Of a stretch of DNA of 64,000 nt, positions 27,058 through 41,211 are shown piece by piece. The stretch is from the human T2T-CHM13v2.0 reference genome, Homo sapiens: NCBI RefSeq assembly GCF_009914755.1, contig NC_060927.1. The stretch is one strand, 5' to 3'. A model generated the notes under the pieces. The model was not told the origin of the DNA. It searched no databases and was given only the letters and a program-made list of their open reading frames with translations. Made by a program: the position numbers and the translations under genes. Numbering within the stretch: the first letter of the stretch is position 1; the number at the start of each line of letters is the position of its first letter.

Positions 27058-27499
27058 GGACCCAAATTCCAGAAGTTTCCTAGAGTAGAAGAGGGTGAAC
27101 TGATGCCATTACGGCAGAGTAGAAGATAGTGATAGGAGATGCAGTGCAGCTTCTTTCTCCATCTCATTCCCACCCAGCTTCTATACAAGCTCTCTGGATC
27201 TTTGCCTAGTCACTGGCTCTAATAGCAAGTTAAGTCCCCTCTCCTCAAGCAAAGAAAAACAAATGAGCTGAGTCTTCATATTCAGTTATTTTGGTCGCTG
27301 AACTCCAATAGATGTGTGAGTTTTTCAAATATTTGCAGATTATCTTTTTGAAATCCACCTTTAATCATTTTTACTTGTAATTGTTCCAGATATTTTATAG
27401 CCTTGCCTACCTCAGCAAGCAGAGCATATAGCACACAGTTATAATTTTGTTTTAAAAGGCAATGTGGAACACAGGCTATTGAAATAAATCTAAAGTCTA

Positions 27500-28312
<813 letters not shown>

Positions 28313-29419
28313 AATGGTGCTTAATAAGTGAAACTTAACTAATGGTGCTTAATAATGGATACCTAATAAATACTACTGAAGTCTATTTATGAAAACCCCT
28401 ATGAACTTAAATGAGATCCATTTATTAAGAACTGGCCAATCGAAAGTGAAAATGCAATTTAAAGAAGTATTATAAGAGAGTGTAAAACTATATAGTTCTA
28501 CTATTTGCAATATTATAATTAACATTTCTTTTGGTGTGAAGAGATGATGTCTATGAATCCATATCCTAGAACATAAAAGAGTGAATACAGGACTCAAAGT
28601 TTCCTCATTTTATGGGCACACAGAATGGGTGAACAGTGGCAGGGAGAGCAACTGCCACACACAGAATCAAGCTCAGTAAATCCCCACTCTGAAAACTAAG
28701 AACCACCATCTAAGTGAAGCCTTTACGTGGCTTGTAATCAAACCTGTCTCTGGTTCACATACTGAAATTTATTAAACATATGGGTCATCTTTCCGAAAAA
28801 ATGTTCAATTTTATTATTTTCGCATAGCTGTGAGCTGATGTCGCAGGCTTTCCAACTGGGCATTGGCAGAGGTGGGATTCCAAAACATCTTTGCAGCATG
28901 GACTCTGGGGTCTGTGTGCAGAAACTGGGCTCTAGGATGAATGTCACAATTAGTTCCATGTGTGAGAAAGGGTGAGATATTATACATCTCTGCATTGTTC
29001 CTGCTGGATTTCTTGTTCTTTTCATCATCACATAGTTTTAAATAGCACCTTTGTATCCCTGCTGTGGGACTCAGATTCCCAAGGATAAACGAAGGGGCTG
29101 GAAACAAAATATGTAGATACACTAGGTCTATCAGGACCCTGGTAATAAATAGCCTAAAATCAGAGGATTCATCTGAATATGGACACAGGAGACTTTAAAG
29201 GGAAAAAAGTTAACACGTAACTAACAAATATCTTTTCCTGTGGTAAGAATAGTCTGATTCAGTCAGGGTGAGAGATATTAGAAAAAAAAAAAAAAAAGGA
29301 AAAAGGAAAAAAAACATTCAGCCAGTTAGAAAAACTTCTTCCTATTACAGGGAAGTAGCAAGGGCCTTCTTTGTTAGCATGGACTCAATTTCAAGAGCAG
29401 AAATCAGGCACCAACCATA

Positions 29420-29610
29420 ACAGCTAATAATACTTTCAGCTATTGCCGGGCACTATGCTACAGCCTTTACAGATACTATACATAATTTAATCTTCACAAT
29501 AACCTCATAAGTATTATGAACTTCATCATGCTGAGAGGGAAATGGGGCCTTAATGAGTTTCAGTATCTTGCTCACAAACAGGTATCAGAAGTACCAGAAA
29601 TTAAACCCAG
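29420..29610 (-). mobile_element. MIR SINE
   Basis: gccgggcactatgctacagcctttaca...atttaatcttcacaataacctc. Confidence 0.75.
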
Positions 29611-32334
29611 GCCTGTCTAAAACCAAAACCTCCCCCAAATAATATCCACAAAGAGATTTGAAGCATCAATCTCTGTTCATCTGGAATCAGATATCTTAAG
29701 CACAAAATCAATTTTTATGGAAAAAAAAAAAAACTCCTAAAGGAGAAAGGTCTCACACGGTGCCCTCATCTGCTCAACCCTCTCACCACCACCTGCCAGT
29801 CTCTATGGGTTAGGGCTTAGTTTGAGAGAAATGTAGGTAACCAAAATCTTATGCAATTAAAACATTTATCAGTTCTGAACTGCCCATTATAAAATAGAAG
29901 TTTTATATTTATAACTAGTAAAATAATTTTTAAAATATTAATATTTTAAAATAATTTCTTAAATTTTTAGAAGACTTATACACTTAGTTTGAAAAATACC
30001 ACATTAGACCCAGATTCTGGTCTCAGCTATGCCACCAAATATGTTTCCTTAGGAAAAGTCACTTACTCTCCCTATAAATCAATTTTCTTTATTGGATATA
30101 CCAGGTACTTCCCAAGAGTATTCCGATATCTAAGATTCTATATAAGTCAAAGAAATAAAGGTAGTTTTCTCTGAAATTATTTAAGTAAAATCTTTTGTTT
30201 ATTACGAGTTGAGCAATAGGGTCTGGGAAGAAAGGAGGTCTTAAATCTAGAAATTTCTCAATGCACTCTTGGAAGATGATGCATACTAAAAAAAAATTTA
30301 ATGAGCCAAAATATAGTCTAAAGGTAACAGAGGCAATTGTTATTTAAAGACTAGGGACTTTCATACCAGGAATAACATGTTCGTGAAGGCTGACTTTGGT
30401 AAAGTGAGTTTTCTAAGCTTGAGGCACCAGTATCTCAGGCAGTGACAGCCAACTTTAGACGCCTCAAGGAGGCCACAGCATGCTAGCCAGGTGAGCTAAC
30501 AGAGTCACTCTGGAGACTGCTATGAGAGAAGGAGTGCATTCAGGCTAACTAGCTTAACTGCAAGCAAGCAAGAGACTAAAGAAACTATCAGTACCATCCT
30601 GTCTCTTGATTTGACTATATCCCATGTGCTTCCTGGAAAACTAAAGCTGTGGAAGATACATCAACATGCTCACCCCCCAGATGGTTCACTTAGACAGACT
30701 CAATTGTCATCTCTTAAGATCAACCTTATAAAAGTTTAACAAGAAATGTGAACTGACATTTATGGAGCATATGTGAGGCACACTGCATAGGTCATCTTAT
30801 TTAATTTTTACAAGTGTACTCTAATCAGGCACATGGGTGTCAATGGGAAAGCTCTGGAAGGCCAGGCCAAGCTCTTGAGCCAGAATGAATCTCTTAAATG
30901 CCAGCATCATGATTCTGACTGATTGCCAGGTCCTCCATCCCTTGTTTGAAAACATAAACCCAAACATACAACAATAAAGATAAGCACAACCCAACAATAG
31001 TTACTTCTTTTTATACAGTGAGTTCCGGAGACAAAAAGATGCTGCACTGTTAGGATAAGGATGTTGCATAAAGAAAATTCCCCTAGTTTTCTATAATACA
31101 CAGAGATCTTGGAGAGGTTTCCCTGCTATCTGGTGACCCAGGAAAGTGCTGAATACAAAGCTGCTGGCAGCTGGTTTAACTTATGCAATGCATTTCTTGA
31201 CATGGTTCTCAAACATTGTGGAAATGAGAATGCATGTAACAGACTTGCCTGAACTTCATATTTCCCTTCTCAGTTTTCCTCCTGAGCCTCTCCCAGTGGC
31301 CTGGCTAAATTCCAGAAGCAAACAGTATCCTCATATGTTCCCATCTCTTTATTAACTTCTATAGCAATAACTTCAGATTCCTTGTCATGCCCTCATTTCA
31401 TTAAAATCTGTCCATCAAGAGAAACACTGAGTAGCCCGCTTTTGCCCTGTACCCATCAGAGGTTTTTGCACTGGACCAGAAATTAAGCTCACAAATTGTG
31501 ATGATTTTTACAACAGAAACTCTCCAAAGGGGAATTATGTGTTTCTGGAAGAATTCTGAGCATCTCTCTGACCTGACTACGAGACGGCTCACTACCAAGC
31601 GCATGTGAGAGCAGAATGGAAGGGAAACTGATGAAAACCACTTTTAAGTGTCTCCGAAAAAAAAAAACAACAAAAAAAACCTTTGATCTTTGTATGTCTG
31701 AAAGATGATGTACTTGGTCCTATCTTGTGACCTGGGAAGAAACAAACAGCAGGAAAAGAAACCTGAGATCTCATCTTCTAAATCAACATTCCACTTGGTT
31801 CCTCTATTTTATGAAAAAATGAAGGTATCCTAGAAGCTTTTCTTTTCTTTTCCTCCCCAAATATGCCAGCCTTTGATTCTCAAGCTATGATAAGATGGAT
31901 GTGGAAGTGAAAAGAAGACTCTCATATACACATATTTGGACAAAAAGAAGAAGACCAAAAATGCCAGCCCTCATTTCTAGTCAACCAATAGAGAGGGGAA
32001 AGGAGCAGAGTGGAATATAGGAACGGAAGCTATTTTGAAGGTTTCCCATGGTTACAGCTGCTATGGAAATCATTTTCTTCTCTGGGGTTTTCAAAGATAT
32101 CCAAGCCCAGCTTCAATCACGGTTTAAAGAAGGAGAACAAAGGTAGAACACGGACAGAAATTGCTTCTTTTATTTAAAGTTTTAAAAGGTTCCAAATTAG
32201 GATGGTTGGAGGTTGGGTACAGGCACTAATGGTAGTGGTAACCTCAAAAGACTCCATATCAGAGTTGCCCAGCAGGGGACAAAATCAATCTCTCATGGTC
32301 TGGAGAGAAACCTGCACTTTCTGGACCTAGACAG

Positions 32335-32882
32335 GGAAAGATGGATCTTTTTAAAGCACAAATCGAATCATGTCACTCCCCTGTGTAAAAGCGTTCAACA
32401 GCTTCCCGCTGTTCTTAGGATAAAATCCTTAATATCCATGACGGTCTGGTCCGGGCATCCTGTTCCACCTCATCTCTTTCTCTGCCTTGTTTCCTGCATG
32501 GCAGCCGCCCTGGTTTTCAGCCCATCAAATGTGGTAAGAGGCTTCCTGCTTCAGGGCCTTTGCGCCTGCTGTCGCCTCTGCTAGGGACACTCATGCTCCC
32601 TCCGCCCCATCATCTGGTCACCTTTCAGGTCTCACGTTCAATGGCACTTTCTCTGGCCCCTCACCCCCCAACCAGCTTGGTCAGGCCATCCTGACCTTCC
32701 CTATAGAGCACCTGCTGCAATTTATTTAATCTATAATTAGATGCTTCATGCTTCATGAGCACAAAGAAGTGGAGTAGAAGCTTCATGAGGGCAGGGACTA
32801 AATCTCTGCCTTCCCCTGCTGCACCCAGGCCTTTGTTCAGTGCCTTGCACGTGCACTCAGTAAATATTTAATGAATGAATGA
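32335..32882 (+). mobile_element. L2 3' end
   Basis: atcatgtcactcccctg...cagggcctttgcgcctgctgt...catgagggcagggact...cagtaaatatttaatgaatgaatga. Confidence 0.88.
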
Positions 32883-33069
32883 TTTAAGAGAATGTCACAG
32901 GTAGATTCTACCTGTCTCTCCCTCCCCAATGTCAACACATGGTATTTCTGTAAGCCCCAATCACCACGTCTACGGCATCTTTACAGGAGTCTCATAAATA
33001 TGGACTAGAGCTACAGCTTAGGTAGGGCTTAGATTTTAAAGTCAGCACGCAATGTTAGGTCAAGTAGAG

Positions 33070-33261
33070 AGTGATCGACCAGGGGCATTTTGCCCCCAAG
33101 GGACATGTGGCAACATCTGAAGATATTTTTGGTTGTCACAGCCAGCATCTAGTGGGTAGACATCCAGGAAGCTGCCAAATGTTGTACAATGCACAAGAAT
33201 GCTCCCACAATAAGAATTACCTGACTCAAAGTGTCAATAGTGCTGAGGTTCAGAAACTCTG
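33070..33261. mobile_element. MER20 (hAT-Charlie)
   Basis: attttgcccccaagggacatgtggcaacatctgaagatatttttggttgtcac...tgtcaatagtgctgaggttcagaaac. Confidence 0.9.
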
Positions 33262-34084
33262 GTGTAGAGAGAACATTCCCCTTAATGATCCATTTCAGAA
33301 ATGATTTTGTAAATATTCCTCATGATCCACTTATGCCATCTTGCAGAGTGATAACCACCTCTCCTGGTCTATCCCAGCAGGTTTTTCTCCAATGTTGAAA
33401 CAGATGCTACTGCTTCAGTTGAAAACTAAAGAAAGTTGCTGGCTTGCACTAAAGGGCCATAGTGCATTAAAAAATATGTATCTTTAAACACTAACATCTC
33501 ACTTAGCATGGCAAGAAGCCGACACCACCAGAGGCATTAAAAAACTGAAATCAACTAGAACTTGGAAAGTCATGTCCTTTCTGTCTTACTCACGCTGGGG
33601 CTAGGCACCTTGAGTAGAATGCCAGGCAAAAGTGTCCATGCATATCTAAATTATTAATTCTCTCTCACTGTCTTTCCCACAGGGATGAGTTGATTCAATG
33701 GGAACTCTCCTGTCACAATCTTGCCGAAAGAGCCAGCTTTCTCTCCACTGGATTCCCTCTATCCACATCCCCTAAATGCTTCCCACTTTCATGTAGGTAA
33801 AAATTCCACTATTAGAGATGCACTCCTTTGGATCCACCATTTCTCATATAAAATGAGCCCCTTAAAACGCAAATTTTCTTAGGAAATATAAATCTGCAGT
33901 AATTTTTATTTTAAAAACAGTGAGTAGCACCTTACCTTTAAGTAGAGAGGAGTTTCTTTTAACTCAGGAAATGAATTGGTATAAGAAAACTGGGCACCAA
34001 AAAGTGAGGGACTTTGTAGAAGGTGGGAAGTTGGATTGGCTTTATGGGGCCAAAAAAGAAGTCAAGAGTATTGAAAATAGTATC

Positions 34085-34250
34085 ACCAGCTGTGTGACAC
34101 AAGGCAAGTGACTTAACCTCTCTGTGTCTCAGTTTCCCCACCTATAAAATGGATTTAGCAGTGCCAGCCTCAGAAGGTTGTGGGTCAAGATCAAATTCCG
34201 TAATGCAGTAATACAGAACAGTTCTTGACCCATAGTATTCAATGAACAGT
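34085..34250 (+). mobile_element. MIR SINE
   Basis: agctgtgtgacacaaggcaagtgacttaacctctctgtgtctcagtttccccacctataaaatgg. Confidence 0.9.
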
Positions 34251-34399
34251 TTATAATTTTATTTAGGGCTGGCCGTGATCCAGTTGAAAGAAGACTTCAA
34301 AATAAAGAAAAGAAAGCTGCTCGAGGAAGAATATCTACACATTGTACACACAGGTGGCATTCAATAAGCATGTGCTTAATGCTTCATTCATTCATTTAC

Positions 34400-35175
34400 T
34401 CATTGCTTTGACCCAAATGCCTTAAACAGAACCCTAATTTTATACCCAGGATGGCAATAAATCTAGCTCAACTTCATTTCCTAATATCCCACACAGATGG
34501 TCATGTGACCACATTCTAGCCAGTGAGGTATATATAGAAGTCATGGGTGGATCTCCATGAAAGGAAGATGACTCAATTGAAACACTGCTTTCCCCTTTCC
34601 TTTTTCCTTTCTTTCTGCCTCAAACACAGTATAGTGATTGTGCAAGGTGGGGGAATGGGAGCTGGGCAGAAAGAAACCCTCTTGTCCCCTTGAGAATGAG
34701 AGGACACACTGAGGATGGATGAGCAGAGAGAGAAGCATGGGTTCCAGAGGAGGCATCAAGCTCGCATACAACTCCTGAATGCTCAACTGGCTGGGCGAGG
34801 TGGTTCATACCTGCAATCCTACCACTTTGGGAGGCTGAGGCTGGTAGATGACTTGAGCCCAGGAATTCAAGACCAGCCTGGGCAATATCACCAAATCTTG
34901 TCTCTACAAAAAATACAAAAATTAGCCTGGTGTGGTGGTGCACGCCTGTAGTCCCGCCTATTAATACTTGGAAGGCTGAGGTGGGAGGATCACCTGAGTC
35001 CAGGAAGTCGAGGCTGCAGTCACACCACTGCACTCTAGCCTGAGTGACAGAGTGAGACCCTGCCTCAAAAACAAACAAACAAACACACACACACACACAC
35101 ACACAACTAATTGCCATTTAAGCTACCCTTTGTTTTGAGAAGGTAGGGGTCTGTGTCACTGTAGCCAATAACTAT
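34400..35175 (+). mobile_element. MLT1J/K-type LTR remnant interrupted by an AluJ
   Basis: ggtcatgtgaccacattctagccagtgag...gaggatggatgagcagagag...; resumes tttaagctacc...tgtcactgtagcc after the Alu. Confidence 0.6.
34789..35104 (+). mobile_element. AluJ with (AAAC)n(AC)n tail
   Basis: J diagnostics gaggctgcagt and cttgagcccagg. Confidence 0.93.
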
Positions 35176-35252
35176 ACCGTGTTTATTTTACAATGTAGTG
35201 TCTATACCTGGTCATGTTTTTCTCATGGCTTCAACTACCAATCCTCAACTGT

Positions 35253-35586
35253 TGTCTTAGTCTGGTTTTTGGTGCAATAACAGAATACCTGAGGTGGTAA
35301 TGATAAAGAACAGAAATTTAATTCCTTACAGCTCTGGAGATTTGAAAGTCTAAGATCAAGGCACTGGCATCTGGTGAGGGAGGGAGAGGGAGCACACATG
35401 AGCAACAGGGGGCCCAACTCCTCCTTTTATAAGGAACACTCTCCTGAGAGACGGCATTAGTCCTCTCACGAGGACAGAGCTCTCATGATCAAATCACCTC
35501 TCATTAGGCCTCACCTCCCAATACTGTTGCATAGGGGATTAAATTTCCAACACAGGCTTTTGGGGGGACACATTCAAACCATAGCA
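35253..35586 (-). mobile_element. MST/MLT1A-type MaLR solo LTR
   Basis: tgtcttagtct...aagtctaagatcaaggcactggcatctggtgaggg...ggggacacattcaaaccatagca. Confidence 0.88.
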
Positions 35587-36335
35587 ACTACCTTAACACT
35601 AAGGACTCTAATATTTTTATCTCAGGCCCTAGTCATAGTCTTAAACTAATCTAAGATAGGCCAGAATATCTCAATCAGAATGTCTACAAGTCACTCAACC
35701 CCATCTTATTCAAATTAGACTCTCTTTCCCCTCCCCACATCTTCTCTCCTCCTCTTCCTATCTTTCTTGTTTGAGGTATTCAGCATCACTCAGCTTCCCA
35801 ATGGAGAACTTTTTCCTCTCTTTCAATCCTTCAATCGTGAATCAGTCACTGAATTTTCAGGATTCTTATCCTGAAACGGCTCACAGATTCAAGCCTCACA
35901 CTGCTCCAGACTGGGCTATAAGAGGGGACAAGGGGTCAGGGGAAAGGGCAGATTCCAACAAAGGCCTTCACGGTGCTGTATTTTCCACCAAGAGCTCTGG
36001 ATCATCATTTTTCTGGAGCTGACATTGGTGCCTGAGGCATGACTTTCAGTAAAGAGCAATACAACTGCCTCACGACATGTTTCACAACATTCAGCCTCTA
36101 CGGTCAAAGCAAAGTAGGTAATTAGTACAATTATCCAGTCCATTGAGTCTGATATATTTTTCTATTCTGAATTCCCTGGGTGCTTGATGGCAGCCTTGAC
36201 ACATGGCCATGTATTTTAGGGAGTATTTTGGAGGTACTTACATCCTCCCCTCCCCAACCAGAGGAATTCATATAACTGGTAAATTAATGGTATAGTTTGA
36301 AAACATAGTTTTTCTGTTTCAATCTCACTCACTTT

Positions 36336-36586
36336 GAGTGAAATGGGATGATCTCGGCTCACTGCAACCTCCACCTCCCGAGTTCAAGCTATCCTCCCAC
36401 CTCAGCCTTCCAAGTAGCTGGGATTACAGGTGTGCACAACCATGCCCAGGTAATTTTTGTATTTTTAGTAGAGACAGGGCTTCACCATGTTGGCCAGGCT
36501 GGTCTTGAACTCCTGACCTCAAGTGATCCGCCTGCCTCAGCCTCCCAAGGTGCTAGGATTACAGGCGTGAGCCACGGTGCCCAGCC
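36336..36586 (-). mobile_element. AluS (Sx/Sz-like) with degraded 3' end
   Basis: Antisense dimer, ctcctgacctcaagtgatccgcctgcc. Confidence 0.93.
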
Positions 36587-36702
36587 TCAATTCATACTTT
36601 ATCCCACCAGGATGAAATAAAAATTCAAAAGATTTATCAAAGGTCCAGTAAGGTTAGCCATCAAGAGAACCAGTAACGGCACAGTTTATCAGGCAATGAA
36701 GA

Positions 36703-36712
36703 GGGACTTTCC
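36703..36712 (+). promoter_or_regulatory. Canonical NF-kB site GGGACTTTCC
   Basis: Exact match in non-repeat sequence; function untested. Confidence 0.3.
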
Positions 36713-37789
36713 ACGATGCAGATAATACTGCTCCTGCTGCCATCTTTTCAAGATACCAACCAGCGTCTGGTACTAGACTTGCATTTGGGAATAACATCAA
36801 TCCATCTCAGCTGATTTCCTCTGTGATAACTTCATGACTATTTATGTGAAACTTCAAAGGCTAAGAAATGCTAAATAAACATGGAGACAAGTTGCCGAAA
36901 TGTTAAACATTTGCCCCGGCTGACCTCACAAGATTTTGCTTGGGGAATTCTTCTAAGTCCATGTAAATTATCACTGGAAACCAAATGTGATGATAACATC
37001 TTTTAAAAAAAAATTTCATCCTAGGCCAGACTGAGGAAACTTACAAACCCAACACAAGATTATTTTTAGAATGTTGGCTACTGCAGAGAAAGAGAGAAGA
37101 AGAAAACAAGAATATGATTAGAAAATAGAAAAATAAAACTTAGATCACTTTTTCTCCAAAAACCGTCCTGACTTTTTCTATTCTAGCTTGGGAACTTTGG
37201 GTGTTAAAAAAAATCTAATTAAAAATCACTGCTGCTATTTTAGTTTAAGTGAAAGTAATATGCCTTTAAATTTTTTTAGATGAATACATTTCATTTTTCA
37301 GGGCTAATCTTTCATAGTATTTTAAATTGAATATCTTACTGTGAGTTTTTCATTTTCTACATGGATGATGTTAAAATGGCTTTCTCAAATACCACTTTTT
37401 TCTTTTAATTTTAAGTAGCTAGCACAGGTGTGAGCACCAGGACAAGAAAAAAAAAAATCACAACCTTTAAGAAACAAAATATGCAGAGCTCTTTTCATGG
37501 AATCCATACCTACTGTCACGAAAAACAAAAACTGAAAGTGAACTAATTGTTCAGTGAGAGTCGATGGGTAAAAACAGGTTCCATTCTTATCAGGCATCAC
37601 CATTCAAAAACATTCCCTGTGCAATTAGATGTTTTAGCCCCAAGGAGTGGCCACTAACAAATAGCATTAAAGACATATACTCAATAATGAGACTGAACAA
37701 AAAGCTCTGAGTCTACAGGCTTGACAACAAAAGTTAATGTTTATTAAATACCTCTATTTGTCAGGTGTCAATTAGCATTTCTGGGAAAG

Positions 37790-38185
37790 TTTAATAAGTG
37801 CCAGATACTTTTCTAAGCTTATTAATGTGTATTATCTCATTTATTCCTTGTAAAACTCCATGAACCTCATAGCCCTCCTCCTGCATTAGATCCCATAACA
37901 GTGTTTTTGAGGAAGGTATCCTTGTCTTCATGTACAGGAGAAACAATAAGGATCAGCAAAGTTAAGCAACTTGTCCCAGCTTTTAAGGACCAGACAGAGC
38001 TGGGTTTGAATGCAGGTTCTGTAATTTATCAGCAGTGTGAGTGAAGTCAATACCGGGACTCTGAGACTCAGTTTTATTCTGTAAAATGGCAACCTACCTT
38101 GTAAAGCTGTTGTTAGCACTGAAGGGAAGGCATATGAATAAGCACCTACCACAGTAGGGACCACAAAGTAGGGGTCCAGCAAACA
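37790..38185. mobile_element. MIR cluster (antisense then sense)
   Basis: ttatctcatttattccttg...aagttaagcaacttgtcc...gagctgggtttgaatgc...tctgagactcagttttattctgtaaaatgg. Confidence 0.7.
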
Positions 38186-38459
38186 TTCGTTCTCATCCCT
38201 TTCTTTTATGTTTGGTTATTTTCTTTTTTTCTTTGCCTAATGGGGAAATATTAGGCATACACTTGGCCAGTTGTCCTTACTCATTGCTAGGACTATTAAG
38301 GAAAGAGCTATTCAACCCTCCTCATTGCTACAATGTGCACCCGAATTTCATGACTCCAGCATAAAAACAAAGTCCCTACTAAGAGGATTATGCCCACCCA
38401 ATCTAATTCTTCTGAGTGTCTTCTAATGTGTGGCACACGTATCGACGATGGGAGCACCA

Positions 38460-38592
38460 TGTAGTGAAGCTGGTAATGTTTCTTGGTCCAGGCCCTGAGT
38501 GTTCGACCTGGGGAAAAATTTTCTTTTTGTATACTTATGATTTGTGTACTTTTACCTATGCATGTTGTATTTCAATACAAAATTTGTTAAAA
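38460..38592 (+). mobile_element. L1ME-type 3'UTR fragment
   Basis: tgtatacttatgatttgtgtacttttacctatgcatgttgtatttcaatacaaa. Confidence 0.6.
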
Positions 38593-39194
38593 GGATGTCC
38601 ATGCTTGCACATCCCTTGGAAGAGTCTTCACTATATGTCATTGGGTCTCATACCCTAATCATATATTAATACTATGCCTTAAGGTACCACCTGCCCCCAA
38701 TCTCAGCCCCTGCCTCTTCCAGCCTCCCATTCCTTCAGGTCCTTTCTTAGAGCTTGTCCTTAGGCTCCAACTTACGTCTCTCTCTTCCCATGACCCTTTA
38801 TCTTGGCACCTCACCCCAGTTACAGAACCTGTGTTTCTCAACTTCTGCCCCTACCCTCTCTAATCTTTCATCCAGCTTGTCTTTCCCCAGCCTCAAACCC
38901 CGGATGTCCATGTACAGTCAGATGCCCCGGGTCCTGCCAGCCCTCCTTGTTCCCACCACCTCTTTCACCACAGGCACTATGCCCAGGCCCAGCTTTTCTA
39001 CCTGGCTCAGGAATTCCCACTTCCTGCCCTTGGAGTTCAACCCTTTCTGCCTGAAACCATGGTCTTGCCTACTCTTAAACTTGTCTTTTTTTCCCTCTTA
39101 CTATCCACTAGTTTCCTTTCTAAATTAAGCTCATCTTGATTTTTAAGGGCTAGTTTTAAAGAAAATGCTAAGTCAACAATCACTAATTTTGATA

Positions 39195-39440
39195 GCCAAT
39201 GCTTGCTGAATGCTTATTACGTGTCACACACTGCTCTCAACACGGTTCGTGTATTGACTCACTCAGTCCTCCTAGCAACCCCCTAAGGAAGGTACTATTC
39301 CAATCCCTGCTTTGTAGATAAGGAAAGTGACACTGAGGCCTGGAGAGGTGAAACAACTTGCCCAAAAACACACAGGGGCTCAGGAGTAGATTTGGGCTAG
39401 AAACCTATGCAGTCTGAGCTCCGAGCCAGAGCTCCTAACA
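39195..39440 (-). mobile_element. Near full-length MIR
   Basis: tgaatgcttattacgtgtcacacactgc...agcaaccccctaaggaaggtactatt...gagaggtgaaacaacttgcccaa. Confidence 0.85.
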
Positions 39441-40034
39441 GAAGCACAACACAGAAGCTCCTCTCTGCAATAGGAAAGGTCCTTAGACACGGCCAGAGGC
39501 AAGGAGGGGGCCATGAGTGACTGGGCTTGGGAAGAAATGTTCTAAGCAATACAGTCTGGGAGGAAAAGATGGAGATGCCAGGCCTGGCCCCTTTCCAAAT
39601 GGCACATAGTAGTTTTCTCTTGATGAGGAAGGTGTTCGCGGAGGGTTCTGGTGATGTCCTGGTTTTGCCTTCTCCCCTCTTTGAACACTGATTAGGAGGA
39701 GGATTGGCAAGAAAATGTTCACTATGCAGTGAAGAGAAGAGGAAGGGAATCCTTAGGGCATGCGTGTGTGTATTATGTGGTTGTTAGTAAACAGGAAGAA
39801 TGGGTTGGTTATTGGAAAAGGTGGAAACACACGAATGTCCTTTGAGAAGCTCTGACTCACCTCTGGACATTCTCATTTTGACTGTACGAAAAGATTCAAA
39901 GAAATAGACGCTTCACAGAACACATGAGTAAGGAGGACAAATCTCCGACCAGAAAAATGCTTTTCTTTGTAAAAAGCAAAGTTTGATTTAAAAATAAAGA
40001 CTACTCAGTAGTGTGGTTGAGAGAAGCCAAAACC

Positions 40035-40292
40035 TGCCTGTAATCCCAGCACTTTGGGAGGTCAAGGTGGGCAGATCACTTCAGCTCAGGAGTTCAAGAC
40101 CAGTTTAGACAACATGGTGAAACCCCGTCTCCACTAAAAATACACAAATTAGCTGGGCATTGTAGTATGGAAGGCTGAGGTAGGAGGATGGATTGAGCCC
40201 GGAAGGTCAAGGCTGCAGTGAGCTGAGATAGCACCATTGCACTCCAGCCTGGGTGACAGAGTGAGACCCTGTCTCAAAAAAATAAAAATAAT
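40035..40292 (+). mobile_element. AluJb-like (5' truncated, small internal deletion)
   Basis: ggtcaaggctgcagtgagc J diagnostic. Confidence 0.9.
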
Positions 40293-40887
40293 TTTTAAAA
40301 AAATCATGAAAAGCCAAGCGTGAAAAACAAATAATAACAAAAATAAAAAACATATATAAAAGAAAAGCCAAAACTATCCCAAAACCATCAGCTGTGTTCA
40401 CAGACTTCTAAGGAGAGGCAACAAGAAAAATACCTGAGGCCACATCCTCCCACTCCCCACTCCCACCCCTGAACTCCTGTCAGCGTTCTTCATCTTTTCT
40501 GAACCTTAGATGCCTTTGGGCACCTGGTAAAGCCTGGAACACCTTCTCAAAGTAAAATGAGTGATTAAGATATATCAGATTATAGGGAAAATCAATTACA
40601 TTAAAATATGGTTATTCAATTTTTTAAAAAATTTGATGTAGCAGAAGTCCTGGCTGGAGCAATCAGGGAAGAGAAAGAAATAAAAGGCATCCAAATGGGA
40701 AAAGAAGTCAAACTATCTGTCTTCACTGATGATGATTCTAAAATCCTAAAGACTCCATCAAAAGGCTCCTGGAACTGATAAATGATTTCAGTAAAGTTTC
40801 AGGATACAAAATCAAGGTACAAAAATCAGTAGCATTTCTACACAAATAACGTTCAAGCTGAGAGCCCAATCAAGAATACAATCCCGA

Positions 40888-41118
<231 letters not shown>

Positions 41119-41141
41119 GAATGTAATCTCATTTACAATAG

Positions 41142-41172
41142 ACACACACACACACACACACACGCACACAAA

Positions 41173-41208
<36 letters not shown>
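41142..41208. repeat. Imperfect (CA)n microsatellite within the L1
   Basis: Direct reading. Confidence 0.95.

Positions 41209-41211
<3 letters not shown>

Noticed and set aside
29928-29951. Perfect 24-bp palindrome ttttaaaatattaatattttaaaa
   Set aside because: All A/T in a very AT-rich patch; chance occurrence is plausible
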